A stretch of 64,000 nucleotides of DNA. It comes from Thermoproteota archaeon. Lineage in GTDB: Archaea; Korarchaeota; JAOZGF01; JAOZFZ01. Positions within the stretch are counted from its first letter, which is position 1. Each line of letters opens with the position of its first letter. This document shows positions 1 to 10,297 of the stretch, one piece after another. The position numbers were made by a program, and so were the translations under genes. The stretch covers positions 64,001-128,000 of the forward strand of contig JAOZFT010000020.1 in assembly GCA_027492035.1 (NCBI GenBank), in the 5' to 3' direction. A model generated the notes under the pieces. It was not told the origin of the DNA. It made no database searches and saw only the letters and a program-made list of their open reading frames with translations.

Positions 1-417
1 TTGGAACCAGTCACTGGAAAGGTTGTAATTAGACCGAAATCTGTTGAACTTGTGGCTTTAATTGAGGAAGGTGGCCTTGATTATGCTTTTGAGTACAGAA
101 GCGTAGCCATTCAACACAAGTTAATGTTTGTGGATTTACCTGATAAAATAGACTTAAGTCAACCAAGCTACACGAATTTTTACGGGAAGGTTAGCCTTAT
201 AAGAGCTGACGGAAAAAAATGTACAGGAAAACCTGTTGTGTATGGGTTAACTGTTCCAAAAAATTCTTTAAGGCCTAGTCTTGGGTTAAAACTTGTAAAA
301 TTTATTTTAAGTAATAAAGGAAGGAAGATACTTGATGACTGCGGCCAACCACCTATTGTTCCTCCAGTTGGGACTGGAAACATACCTGAAGAGTTAAAAC
401 CCTCCTTACAGAAATAA
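1..417 (+). CDS. wtpA: Tungstate/molybdate ABC transporter substrate-binding protein (C-terminal part, truncated by window start)
   Basis: RPKSVEL..LE.G.LDYAFEYRSVA.QH and G.P.VYGLT.P motifs typical of WtpA; first gene of an ABC operon. Confidence 0.9.
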   Translation: MEPVTGKVVIRPKSVELVALIEEGGLDYAFEYRSVAIQHKLMFVDLPDKIDLSQPSYTNFYGKVSLIRADGKKCTGKPVVYGLTVPKNSLRPSLGLKLVKFILSNKGRKILDDCGQPPIVPPVGTGNIPEELKPSLQK

Positions 418-465
418 ATAACAGGAAAACGTGAATTTTTTAAGTTTTTGGAGGGAGGTTTTCTT

Positions 466-1290
466 ATGCGTTTTCCAACTAATGGTTCTTTAAACAGACA
501 AATTAAGAAGTCAAAAATTGAAGCTCTTTTTCTTTTCTTCCTTTCCATAGGTTCTCTTCTTTTATTGTTTGTCTGTGCCACCCTTGGAAACATGTTTTAT
601 GAACAATTAAATGATTTACCGGGCTTAATTAACACTTTAAAAGACCCTGCTGTCTTGCACTCTATTTGGGTCAGCGTATCTGCAACTACAGTATCTACTC
701 TCACAGCTTTCCTTTTCGGTGTCCCTTTAGCTTATTTCTTAGCTAGAAAAGATTTCTTAGGTAAAGGTTTTATTGAAGGGGTTTTAGATGTTCCCTTAAT
801 GATCCCTCACATTGTAGCTGGAATTGCTTTGTACGGAGTTTTTGCACAGTCAGGGTTAATAGGGTCTCCCTTCAGAAAAATAGGAATTATTTTCCAAGAT
901 GCTTTCCCAGGAATAGTTGTTGCCATGCTCTTCATGAGTTTCCCTTACTTAGTTGACAGTGCAAAAGAAGGCTTTAAAACAGTTGATCCAAGGCTTGAAA
1001 ATGTTGCTCGTTCACTGGGGGTTTCTCAGTGGAAAGCATTCACAAAAGTTACTTTCCCGCTTGCGTTCCCATCTATTTTCAACGGTGTACTCCTATGTTG
1101 GGCTAGGGGAATAAGTGAGTTTTCAGCAGTGTTAATCCTTGCTTACTTCCCGAAATCAGCACCTATCCTCATTTATGAAAAATTCACATCTTTCGGTTTA
1201 GCTGTTTCAAGACCAATCTCTGTCTTACTTATTTTGATCTGTCTTTTAATTTTTGTGTTTTTAAGAACATGTAAACGGAGGAAACAATGA
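466..1290 (+). CDS. wtpB: Tungstate/molybdate ABC transporter permease
   Basis: Multi-TM protein with EAA-like loop (LENVARSLG) and WARGISEF motif; ATG 466 follows GGAGG (ORF track starts at 448). Confidence 0.9.
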   Translation: MRFPTNGSLNRQIKKSKIEALFLFFLSIGSLLLLFVCATLGNMFYEQLNDLPGLINTLKDPAVLHSIWVSVSATTVSTLTAFLFGVPLAYFLARKDFLGKGFIEGVLDVPLMIPHIVAGIALYGVFAQSGLIGSPFRKIGIIFQDAFPGIVVAMLFMSFPYLVDSAKEGFKTVDPRLENVARSLGVSQWKAFTKVTFPLAFPSIFNGVLLCWARGISEFSAVLILAYFPKSAPILIYEKFTSFGLAVSRPISVLLILICLLIFVFLRTCKRRKQ

Positions 1291-2321
1291 TAAAAATTAA
1301 GAATTTATACAAGAGTTGGGAAGGGTTCTCCCTTAAAAACATAAATTTAGAAGTTGAAAGAAGGGAGTATTTAGTTATTTTAGGCCCAACAGGAGCCGGA
1401 AAAACACTACTTCTCGAAACAATGGCAGGTTTCCATTTTCCCGACAAAGGAGAAATATGGATAAATAGCAAAAACGTAACCTACACCCCCCCAGAAAAAA
1501 GGGGGATAGGGTTCGTTTACCAAGACTACTTGCTTTTTCCCCACCTTACTGTAGAGGAAAATATTAGGTTTGGACTGGAAAAAAGTGAGGAAAGAGGTAA
1601 AATAAGGGAAGTAATGGAATGGCTTGGGATACTTCATCTTGCTAAAAAATACCCAGAAAAATTAAGTGGCGGTGAACAACAGAAAGTAGCTTTAGCTAGG
1701 GCTTTAGTGAGAAAACCAGGTGTTCTTCTTTTAGATGAACCTTTAGCAGCTGTAGACCAAAAAACAAAGGAGTATTTACGAGAGGAGCTGAAAAGAGTTC
1801 ATAAAGAGGCGGAGATTACAACTGTACATGTAACTCACGATAGAACAGAGGCTATAGTGTTAGCTGACAGAGTAGCTGTGATGATGAATGGGGAAATTAA
1901 GCAAGTAGACAAAACTTCCGATGTCTTCAGTAAACCTTCAAATGAGGAAATAGCAGCCTTTGTTGGGGTGGAGAACATCTTAAAAGGGGAGATATCAAGA
2001 TACAAGGAAGGAGTTGCCCTAATAAACACGGAAGAAATGGAAATTTACGCTGCATCAAAATATCAGGATGGAAAAGTTACTGTGCTTATAAGGCCTGAGG
2101 ACATTCTCCTCTCCAGAAACCGACCAGAAACCAGTGCAAGAAATAACATAAGGGGGACAATTAGTGAAGTAACTTATTTGGGTGCAATTTACCGCATAAA
2201 AATTGATAAAGGGTTAGTTGCATTCATAACAAAAAAATCATGGGAGGAATTAAAGCTCAAAACTGGTGACCAAGTCTATTTCTCCTTTAAAGCCACGGCT
2301 GTCCATACCTTAAAATCTTGA
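1287..2321 (+). CDS. wtpC: Tungstate/molybdate ABC transporter ATPase with C-terminal TOBE domain
   Basis: Walker A GPTGAGKT, LSGGEQQ signature, LLLDEP, TOBE tail (TSARN...FKATAVH); ATGA overlap with wtpB. Confidence 0.92.
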   Translation: MIKIKNLYKSWEGFSLKNINLEVERREYLVILGPTGAGKTLLLETMAGFHFPDKGEIWINSKNVTYTPPEKRGIGFVYQDYLLFPHLTVEENIRFGLEKSEERGKIREVMEWLGILHLAKKYPEKLSGGEQQKVALARALVRKPGVLLLDEPLAAVDQKTKEYLREELKRVHKEAEITTVHVTHDRTEAIVLADRVAVMMNGEIKQVDKTSDVFSKPSNEEIAAFVGVENILKGEISRYKEGVALINTEEMEIYAASKYQDGKVTVLIRPEDILLSRNRPETSARNNIRGTISEVTYLGAIYRIKIDKGLVAFITKKSWEELKLKTGDQVYFSFKATAVHTLKS

Positions 2322-2489
2322 ACAATTGGTAAAAATGTCTTTATTTTAGTTTTTAAAAGTAAGGAAAAGGGTTCATGGTTCAATGAAAATTTTTACTTTC
2401 TTTTTGAAAAAGGTTTGTTTTTAGATTTCGGGGACAAATGCTTTAGCAGCTACCGGCAAAAATTCTTCTTTTAAAAGGGAAACCAAAGA

Positions 2490-2505
2490 AGTGAATGTTT
2501 TCACA
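2490..2505. promoter_or_regulatory. Palindromic site AGTGA-N6-TCACA upstream of the coo operon
   Basis: AGTGAATGTTTTCACA matches TGTGA-N6-TCACA at 9/10 positions; lies ~27 bp upstream of TATA-like TTATAATA (2532-2539). Confidence 0.35.
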
Positions 2506-2618
2506 TTTAATTTGGTTATTTTTAAAAAAAATTATAATATTAAAGAAATATCGAAATTTTTTTAAATAAATTTATCCTATTTAAAACAGAAAATTTCTGG
2601 AAGTGGTGAACTTTACAA

Positions 2619-3239
2619 ATGAAAACGGTTTTCATACGTCCAGAGAGATGTATAGGCTGTAAACATTGCGAAATTGCTTGTGCTATCGAACATTCCAAGT
2701 CCAAGGAACTCTTCACTGCAATTTTGGAGGAACCCACGCCAGCCCCAAGGATACATGTGTTACCAACTATTGGCATAATGACTTTCCCGGATAAATGCCG
2801 ACACTGCAACCCTGCCCCTTGTATGCAGGTCTGTCCAACAGGTGCAATAACTAGAAATAAAGAAATTGACACAGTGTTAATTAATGGAAACAGGTGTATA
2901 GCTTGTGGAATGTGTGGAATCGTTTGTCCCTTTGATGCTATATCCTATAAAAGAAGCTGGGAAATCTCTATCGAACGGGAAGTAGCATTGAAATGTGACA
3001 ACTGTGTGGACAGATTAATGAAAGGCTTTGAACCAGCCTGTGTTGAAGCATGCAAAACAAATGCTTTATCATGGGGTGAAATTGAAGAGGTAATGAGGGA
3101 GGAAAGGAAGAAAATTGCAGAAAAAATCGCGATTGCAACAACATCTGCTGAGGAACTTCTAGAGAAACCTGTGCCTGAAAATATTAAGTTGTGGCGTGAT
3201 TTGGGGCTGGTGATAAAGAAGTTAGGTGAGAAAGGATGA
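2619..3239 (+). CDS. cooF: CO dehydrogenase electron-transfer 4x[4Fe-4S] protein
   Basis: Four Cys clusters (CIGCKHCEIAC, CRHCNPAPC..VC, CIACGMCGIVC, KCDNC..PACVEAC); directly upstream of cooS. Confidence 0.92.
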   Translation: MKTVFIRPERCIGCKHCEIACAIEHSKSKELFTAILEEPTPAPRIHVLPTIGIMTFPDKCRHCNPAPCMQVCPTGAITRNKEIDTVLINGNRCIACGMCGIVCPFDAISYKRSWEISIEREVALKCDNCVDRLMKGFEPACVEACKTNALSWGEIEEVMREERKKIAEKIAIATTSAEELLEKPVPENIKLWRDLGLVIKKLGEKG

Positions 3240-5116
3240 AGGAGTTAAATGTCATTAAAAAAAGGTCAAATGACCCTGCAGCGCAAAAAATGCTCGAAGT
3301 AACTGCGGAAGAGCATATCCAAACTGCCTGGGACAGGTTAGAACTGCAACAGCCTCAATGCGGTTATGGTCAACTGGGAATCTGTTGCAGAAACTGTGGA
3401 ATGGGACCGTGTAGGATTAACCCCTTCGGGGAAGAGCCTCAGAGAGGTGTTTGCGGCGCTACAGCTGATACAATAGTTGCACGTAACTTAGCAAGGATGA
3501 TTGCTGGTGGAGCTGCAGCCCACTCAGACCATGGCAGGGATATAGTTGAAGTACTTCATCTCACAGCCCTTGGGAAAGCTCAAGGGTACAAAATAACTGA
3601 TGTCGAAAAATTGAAAAGAGTAGCTAAGGAGTACGGAGTAGCTGTTGATGGGAGAAAACCTGAAGAAATAGCGAAAGAGTTAGCGGAAGAAGTAATGAAA
3701 GAGTTTGGTATGGTAAAGGGAAGAATCCAATTCGTTGAAAGGGCGCCTGAGAAAAGGAAAGAGGTTTGGAAGAAGCTCGGTGTCTTGCCTAGAGGGGTTG
3801 ATAGGGAAATTGTGGAAATTATGCACAGGACACATATCGGCGTTGACGCTGACTATGTGAATATTCTGCTCCACGGCTTAAGAGCATCTATTTCTGACGG
3901 GTGGGGTGGTTCAATGATTGCTACTGAACTTAGCGACATTCTTTTCGGCACCCCTAAACCAATAGAAAGTGTAATGAATCTAGGGGTTCTGAAAAAAGAT
4001 ATGGTCAACGTCATCGTTCATGGACACAATCCTGTATTGTCTGAAATGGTTGTAAAGGCTTCTAGCGACCCGGAATTAGTTGAATTAGCTAAGAAAAAAG
4101 GTGCAAAGGGAATTAATGTTGTCGGTATATGTTGCACAGCAAATGAGTTGTTGATGCGTCAAGGGATTCCGATTGCGGGTAACTTCTTACATCAAGAACT
4201 AGCAATAGCAACAGGGGCTGTTGAAGCGATAGTGGTTGATTACCAATGCATCATGCCTATACTTCCCCACATTGCTAAGTGTTATCACACTAAAGTTATA
4301 ACAACTGCAGCGAAAGCTAAGATACCGGGTGCTCTGCACATAGAATTTGAACCTGAACACGCATATGAGGTTGCTAAAAAAATCGTTAAAGAAGCTGTTG
4401 AAGCATATGGATCAAGAAACCCAGACAGAGTCAGAATTCCAGATGTTACAATGAAGGTGATGGCTGGTTTTTCAGCTGAAGCTATATTGCAAGCTTTGGG
4501 TGGAACGCCGAAGCCGTTAATTGATGCAATAAAAACTGGTAAAATAAGAGGTATAGCAGCTATTGTGGGCTGTAATAACCCAAAAATTAAACAGGACTAT
4601 AACCACGTAACATTAACAAAACTCCTTATCAAAAACAACATTCTTGTAGTTGAAACAGGGTGTGCAGCCATTGCCAACGGCAAAGCTGGTTTACTCGTTC
4701 CTGAAGCAGCAGATCAAGCTGGAGAAGGACTTAAGGAAGTATGTAAATCATTAGGTATACCTCCAGTACTGCACATGGGTTCATGTGTAGACATTAGCAG
4801 AATCCTTGTTTTAGCTGCAGCTGTTGCAAAAGAGTTAAATGTAGACATCAGCGACTTACCTGTGGCAGGTGCAGCACCTGAATGGATGTCGGAGAAAGCA
4901 GTCAGTATTGGTGCGTACGTTGTTTCTTCCGGTATTTTCACAGTGCTAGGGCCCATTCCTCCAGTGCTTGGAAGCATGAAAGTGGCAACCCTCCTCACTA
5001 AAGATTTAGAGAAAGTAATTGGAGCAGTTTTTGCAGTTGATCCTGACCCTGAAAAAGAGGCTCGACTAATAATAAACCATATAGAAAAGAAAAGGAAAGC
5101 GTTGGGGTTATCTTAA
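3236..5116 (+). CDS. cooS: Anaerobic Ni,Fe carbon-monoxide dehydrogenase catalytic subunit
   Basis: D/B cluster QPQCGYGQLGICCRNCGMGPC; C-cluster ligands HGHNP, GICCT, DYQC, VGCNN, TGCAA, MGSCVD and MSEKA lysine all present. Confidence 0.97.
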   Translation: MKELNVIKKRSNDPAAQKMLEVTAEEHIQTAWDRLELQQPQCGYGQLGICCRNCGMGPCRINPFGEEPQRGVCGATADTIVARNLARMIAGGAAAHSDHGRDIVEVLHLTALGKAQGYKITDVEKLKRVAKEYGVAVDGRKPEEIAKELAEEVMKEFGMVKGRIQFVERAPEKRKEVWKKLGVLPRGVDREIVEIMHRTHIGVDADYVNILLHGLRASISDGWGGSMIATELSDILFGTPKPIESVMNLGVLKKDMVNVIVHGHNPVLSEMVVKASSDPELVELAKKKGAKGINVVGICCTANELLMRQGIPIAGNFLHQELAIATGAVEAIVVDYQCIMPILPHIAKCYHTKVITTAAKAKIPGALHIEFEPEHAYEVAKKIVKEAVEAYGSRNPDRVRIPDVTMKVMAGFSAEAILQALGGTPKPLIDAIKTGKIRGIAAIVGCNNPKIKQDYNHVTLTKLLIKNNILVVETGCAAIANGKAGLLVPEAADQAGEGLKEVCKSLGIPPVLHMGSCVDISRILVLAAAVAKELNVDISDLPVAGAAPEWMSEKAVSIGAYVVSSGIFTVLGPIPPVLGSMKVATLLTKDLEKVIGAVFAVDPDPEKEARLIINHIEKKRKALGLS

Positions 5117-5163
5117 CCCCTAAACTCCTTTTTTTTATTTTTTTTTGAGAAGGAAGATGGGAA

Positions 5164-6414
5164 ATGAGAATTGTTGTTATAGGAACTGGAGGAGCTGGAG
5201 TCAGTGCAGTTGAGGCAATAAGGGAGTATGATAAAGACTCAGAAATATTTATGATATCACGTGAAAACACTCCTCCCTATTCTCCATGTGTTCTTGTAGA
5301 TTACTTTCAGCGAAAAGAAGAAATAGATAAGTTGTTTTGGAAGGGTGAAGATTTCTACAAAAAAATGGATGTTACCCCCCTCTTGGGTAAAGTAGTTAAC
5401 AAAATCAATACAAAAAATAAAAAGATTTCCTTTAACGAAGAAACCCTTGACTACGACAAACTGCTTATTGCTGCAGGAGGTAAAGTAACTCTTCCACCCT
5501 TAAAAGGACTGAACAAAAAAGGGGTCTTCACTTTTAAAACACTTGAAGATGCTGACAAAATCCGGGAATGGATTAAAAAAGGTAAAGTTGAGAAAGGTGT
5601 TGTGATAGGTGGAGGGTTTATAGGTTTAGATGCAGCCATGTGCCTTACAAGTTACGGGGTAAAAGTGACTGTGGTTGAAGCTCTTAACAGGTTGTTACCA
5701 AGGATGCTTGATTACGAAATGGGTACACTCGTGAAAGAAATAGTGGAAAGGAATGGAGTGGCAGTAGTTGTTAATGGCAGAGTTAATGAAATAGTTGGCG
5801 AGGAAAAGGTTGAGAAAGTAAAGTTTGAAAAGGGAGAAGTCTTAGATGCAGAAATAGTAGTAATGGCTACAGGTGTAAAACCAAACACAGAAGTAGTTGA
5901 AGGAACTGATATAAAATTTAATGGCAGGAGGGGAGTGGTTGTAAATGAATACATGGAAACAAGTGTTAAAGACGTTTATGCAGCAGGAGACATTGTTGAA
6001 TCAATTGACATCGTTACAGGGGAGAAAAAACCTATTCTGCTTTGGTCAAACGCTTTGTTGCAGGGTGCAATTGCCGGATATAACCTGATAGGAAGGAAAG
6101 TGAAGTATTTAGGGTCAACAAACCAAACCATAATTAAAGTTTTCAACGTACCCGTTGTTTCAGATGGCAATTATATAGGTGAGGAAATAAAACTTTTCAG
6201 CAGGGACGTGTACAAGAAAATGTACATTAAAAATAACAGGATTTACGGTTACATGTTAATAAACACTAAAAAGAATGCTGGACTTTATAACTCTTTAATG
6301 GTCAGCAAAAAAGACATTTCAGAGTTTAAAGATTTCCTTTTAACTGACGAATTCAATTACGGTAAACTTGTAACTAAAGCAATTACTTTAGAGAAAGAGA
6401 CTTACCAATATTGA
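5164..6414 (+). CDS. FAD-dependent NAD(P)H oxidoreductase (NirB/rubredoxin-reductase-like, CODH-associated FNOR)
   Basis: GxGxxG FAD (IGTGGAG) and NAD (IGGGFIG) motifs, YSPC, TSVKDVYAAGD; inside the coo operon. Confidence 0.9.
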   Translation: MRIVVIGTGGAGVSAVEAIREYDKDSEIFMISRENTPPYSPCVLVDYFQRKEEIDKLFWKGEDFYKKMDVTPLLGKVVNKINTKNKKISFNEETLDYDKLLIAAGGKVTLPPLKGLNKKGVFTFKTLEDADKIREWIKKGKVEKGVVIGGGFIGLDAAMCLTSYGVKVTVVEALNRLLPRMLDYEMGTLVKEIVERNGVAVVVNGRVNEIVGEEKVEKVKFEKGEVLDAEIVVMATGVKPNTEVVEGTDIKFNGRRGVVVNEYMETSVKDVYAAGDIVESIDIVTGEKKPILLWSNALLQGAIAGYNLIGRKVKYLGSTNQTIIKVFNVPVVSDGNYIGEEIKLFSRDVYKKMYIKNNRIYGYMLINTKKNAGLYNSLMVSKKDISEFKDFLLTDEFNYGKLVTKAITLEKETYQY

Positions 6415-6479
6415 TAGGTTTCCTTCTTCACATTAAAACCACTTAAAAAAGAGCCGGTAAAGTTTCAGAAGGGTAAAGC

Positions 6480-7409
6480 ATGAACAAAAATAGCATCTCA
6501 ACCAAGAAAATTCAAAGCTTAAGAAAAGAAACTAAGAAGGTAGTTGAAGCAATAAAGAAAATGGGTGGACAGGGTGCAAAAAAGGATGAAGGGTTTAAAG
6601 TGGTTATAACAGGGAAAGGGGGAGCTGGTAAAACCACAATCACCGCTTTCTTAGCTAGGTTGTTTGCCAAGAAAGGGTATAAAGTGTTAGCTGTAGATGA
6701 AGACCCGCAAATGAACCTACCATTTGCTATAGGCATTTCTCCAGATGAAGCAGCGTCAATAACCCCACTCAGCAGAAACTTGGATTATATAGAAGAGAAA
6801 ACAGGCGCTAAACCAGGTTCAGGCTGGGGACTGCTGTTAAGGCTGAACCCTGACGTGGAAGACGTAGTTGACAGATTCGGAGTTACAGGTCCAGACAATG
6901 TTAATTTACTTGTTATGGGCACTGTGGTGCAAGCCGCAACAGGTTGCCTGTGTCCAGAAAACGCTTTACTTGAAGCTGTAATGAATTATATAGTGCTAAG
7001 GGAGAAAGAAATTGTTTTAATGGATACTCAAGCTGGAATGGAACATTTCGGCAGAGCAATAGCTCGAGGCTTCTCTCAAGCCTTAATAGTCACAGATCCC
7101 TCCTTTAATTCTGTTCAAGTATCTCTAAACCTTGCCAAACTAGCTAAACAACTCAACATAAAAAATATACATTTGGTGATAAATAAGGTAAGGAACCGGA
7201 AAGAGGAGATAAAGGTAAATAAATACTTAAAAACAATGTCTAACATAAGGTTTGATACAGTAACTGTTATACCCTTCGACCCTGTATTGTTGGAGGTAGA
7301 GCCCAGCGTAGAACCCTTTATTACAGAAAAGGAATATTCTTTGGTAACATGGAAAATGATTGATTTAATGGAAACATTAGAGAAATATGCCTTTAAAAAA
7401 GGTAGATAA
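6480..7409 (+). CDS. cooC: CO dehydrogenase nickel-insertion ATPase
   Basis: GKGGAGKTT, D.DP..NL, Ni-binding GCLCPEN, D.QAGMEHFGR. Confidence 0.92.
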   Translation: MNKNSISTKKIQSLRKETKKVVEAIKKMGGQGAKKDEGFKVVITGKGGAGKTTITAFLARLFAKKGYKVLAVDEDPQMNLPFAIGISPDEAASITPLSRNLDYIEEKTGAKPGSGWGLLLRLNPDVEDVVDRFGVTGPDNVNLLVMGTVVQAATGCLCPENALLEAVMNYIVLREKEIVLMDTQAGMEHFGRAIARGFSQALIVTDPSFNSVQVSLNLAKLAKQLNIKNIHLVINKVRNRKEEIKVNKYLKTMSNIRFDTVTVIPFDPVLLEVEPSVEPFITEKEYSLVTWKMIDLMETLEKYAFKKGR

Positions 7410-7414
7410 AAACG

Positions 7415-8485
7415 TTGGAAAGAACAGGTGTAGCTGATTTACCTCTCCATTGGGGGAAAGCCCCTAAATGGTTATTTGAAAGAATGGTTAAGTTAGGAAA
7501 AGGAATAAGTGAAGCAATTATTTTAGAGTATGGGGTAGATGAATTTCTGAAAAGGCTTTCAGACCCTTTCTGGTTTCAGGCATTAGCTTGTGTTTTAGGT
7601 TGGGATTTTCACTCCAGCGGCGCCACAACAGTAACTTGTGCAGCTTTAAAAGAGGCTGTTTCACCTCATGATTTGGGTGTGGCGGTTTTAGGTGGGAAGG
7701 GAAAAACTAGCAGAAGAACACCTGAAGAAATAGAGGAAGTTTCAAAAATATTTTCTTTTTCAACAAATCAAATCAAGGAGTTAAAGTACGCAAGTAAAAT
7801 TTGCTCAAAAATCGACAGCGCAGCTATACAAGACGGTTTCTTTCTTTATCATCACACATTTGTTTTGAACGAAAAAGGAAAATGGGTTGTTATCCAGCAG
7901 GGAATGAGCAGCAAGGCAAGGTTTGCTCGACGTTACCATTGGTTGTCTGAAAAAATAGAATCTTTTGTTGAGGAACCTCATACAGCAATAATTAGTGACT
8001 TAAAGAAGAAACAGGTGTTAAATATGGTGGCTAAAGAAAGCAGAGAAGCTAGAGCTGCATGTGTAGATTTAGTGAAAGAAAAACCTACAAGTTTAAGGGA
8101 ATTCTTTGCTTCTCCATCCAGTTTAGTTAAGTATTTAAAAATGACTCCTAGGCATTGTTTCAATGTTGAAATCTACAAAAAAATTTTGAAACTGCACGAT
8201 TTCCAACCCAGAAACTTTGAAGAATTACTGGCTACAAAAGGGATAGGTCCCTTAACAATTAGGGCCTTAACCTTAATTAGCAAGGTAATTTACGGTGTTG
8301 AACCAAGTTGGAGGGATCCTGTAATGTTTAGTTTTGCGCATGGAGGTAAGGACGGTGTCCCCTACCCTGTTAACCGTGAACTTTATGACAGAAGTACCCA
8401 AATTTTGCAAGAAGCAATTGAAAAAGCTAAAATTGGAGAAAGGGAAAAGCTAAATGCTTTAAAGAAACTAGAAAAATACATGTAA
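7415..8485 (+). CDS. DUF763 family protein
   Basis: ADLPLHWG..P.WL, HSSG.TT and FAHGGKDG.PYPV motifs characteristic of DUF763. Confidence 0.88.
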   Translation: MERTGVADLPLHWGKAPKWLFERMVKLGKGISEAIILEYGVDEFLKRLSDPFWFQALACVLGWDFHSSGATTVTCAALKEAVSPHDLGVAVLGGKGKTSRRTPEEIEEVSKIFSFSTNQIKELKYASKICSKIDSAAIQDGFFLYHHTFVLNEKGKWVVIQQGMSSKARFARRYHWLSEKIESFVEEPHTAIISDLKKKQVLNMVAKESREARAACVDLVKEKPTSLREFFASPSSLVKYLKMTPRHCFNVEIYKKILKLHDFQPRNFEELLATKGIGPLTIRALTLISKVIYGVEPSWRDPVMFSFAHGGKDGVPYPVNRELYDRSTQILQEAIEKAKIGEREKLNALKKLEKYM

Positions 8486-8875
8486 AAAAATACATGTAAA
8501 AAATAACGGGCATGCACAGGTCAGTCAAAGAACTAAGAAGCATAGGGTCTGTATCAGTAGAAATCTTAACGATTACTTTCTTCTCTATAGCCAGTAACTA
8601 CTAAACCAACATTTTTTTCTAGAAGCTCCACTGCATAGGATCTGTGGCTACTTGCGTAAGAAACTATCTAAAAACATTTGTCTCAGCTTCTTAACTAAAT
8701 TGACACTTTAATCAACAAAAATATAAAAAACAACCGTCCAAAATTAAAGAACCCCCTGCCTACTGTTTACTGCTAAGAAGCTGTCTATATTCTCCTTACC
8801 CCACTTTTTAATAAAACACCTGCATCCATCATTGTTTCTATCATTTACCTAGACCCTACACTATGCTTTCTAGGG

Positions 8876-9649
8876 TCATTCATTTATTATTCTTTTTACT
8901 TTTTCTATTTCCTTCTTGAATTCAGCTATTCTTTTTAACTCAACATTTGGTTTAAGTTCTATTGTTAAAGGGCCTTCATATCTTTTTTCTGATAAATATC
9001 TAAGGAAAGATTCAATTTCTTCAGGAATTGGGGTGAGTGGTTCATGGAATTTGGAGCTTACATGTATGTTCTTCACTTCAAAATTTTCAATGTACCGGTA
9101 TGCCTCATTTATTTCTGAAAGATGGGACATGTCAAGTGTTAAACTTAATCTCTTGTTTGTTATTTCCTTCAAGATTTGAGAAACTTCAGTTACTTCTTTT
9201 AAGTTTCTTCCGTAACCTTTAGATCTAGGTGAAAGGTTTTCCAAAGTTAATTCAACACCAGCCTCCTTGCTTGATTTATATAGCTTAGAAAAGATAAAAG
9301 AAACGATCTTTTTCCTCAGTTCCTTATTTGCTTCTTTTGAAACATATGAGTGAACAACTAGGATTGGTGAATCTAGTATGGAGGCTAATTTAATTGATGC
9401 TTCACCATAATAAACTGCTTTCTCAACTTCACTTAATTTCTTAACGTAAAAACCTGCACTGTGAACAGAAGAACAAACCAAATCATTCTTTAAAAGAAGC
9501 CTTCTAAGTTTATGCAGAGATTCATCGGCTTCATTCTCCACACAGAGGGGATTAAATTCAATATGTTTAAAACCTAGTTTTTTTGGTAGGGAGAAATTTT
9601 CTTCTAAGGAATAATTTGAGAAAACCCATGTTGAAATAGAAAGGAACAT
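8876..9649 (-). CDS. Sugar-phosphate isomerase/epimerase (AP-endonuclease-2-type TIM barrel)
   Basis: LVVH, LTLEN, LTLDMSH, IHVS, Y.G.LTIE metal-binding motifs. Confidence 0.8.
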   Translation of the reverse strand: MFLSISTWVFSNYSLEENFSLPKKLGFKHIEFNPLCVENEADESLHKLRRLLLKNDLVCSSVHSAGFYVKKLSEVEKAVYYGEASIKLASILDSPILVVHSYVSKEANKELRKKIVSFIFSKLYKSSKEAGVELTLENLSPRSKGYGRNLKEVTEVSQILKEITNKRLSLTLDMSHLSEINEAYRYIENFEVKNIHVSSKFHEPLTPIPEEIESFLRYLSEKRYEGPLTIELKPNVELKRIAEFKKEIEKVKRIINE

Positions 9650-9815
9650 TTCATCACTTCACAATTTTTCAGGAGCAGTTAATCACCCTCTTACTTACCT
9701 CTCTTGCCCCGAAATTTAAGACAACATTTCCCGGAACAGCTTTGCAAAACAAGTAAATAAATATTTTTTCAATTTTTCTGGTAAGGGACTGAACATGAAC
9801 CGGCGAAAAAAGGCT

Positions 9816-10205
9816 TCATAAGTTTTTTAGTATCCCTAGTAACTCTTTTATTTCATCTTTATCTATTTTTGCAATGAAGCAGGTGCCTAAACTAAAAACA
9901 TCTTTGCCGCCAACATTAAATTCTTGGCTGCACAGGCGCCGCCGTAAAGGTATCTCTTTGATTTTCCCGGGTAGACAACTGTAGCTACTGTTAAAGGAGC
10001 TAAACCTATTTGGGAAAGCCAAAACTTTGTTTCAGAAATTTTCTTTTAATGCTTCTCATCCTTTATTACTATAAACTCCCAAGACCGAGTTTTTTGAACT
10101 TGAGGCTAGTTTTACAGCGTTTAAAATTTCAATTAACATTTCCTCCGGCACATCCTTCATCTAAATACTCCTACATTTTTTTCTAAATCGTTTCGCAACC
10201 TTCAT
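9816..10205 (-). pseudogene. Decayed nitroreductase family gene
   Basis: Hand translation across frameshifts and stops gives KDVPEEMLIEILNAVKLASSSKN / WEFIVIKDE / APLTV..ACAAKNLMLAA / LGTCFIAKIDKDEIKELLGI, the nitroreductase motif series. Confidence 0.75.
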
Positions 10206-10297
10206 CTCTTCCCCCTCTAGAAAAAGGGAAAGTGGCAACATTTATAAAAAATTTTTCGGAAAGTTTTTTGTTTATTGACAAACAGAGGCGTTCTCCT

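Noticed and set aside
8472-8502. Short tandem duplication AAAAATACATGTAA at the DUF763 stop
   Set aside because: Only two copies; most likely replication slippage.
8852-8877. GACCCTA...TAGGGTC inverted repeat
   Set aside because: 7-bp arms with a long loop; within chance expectation.
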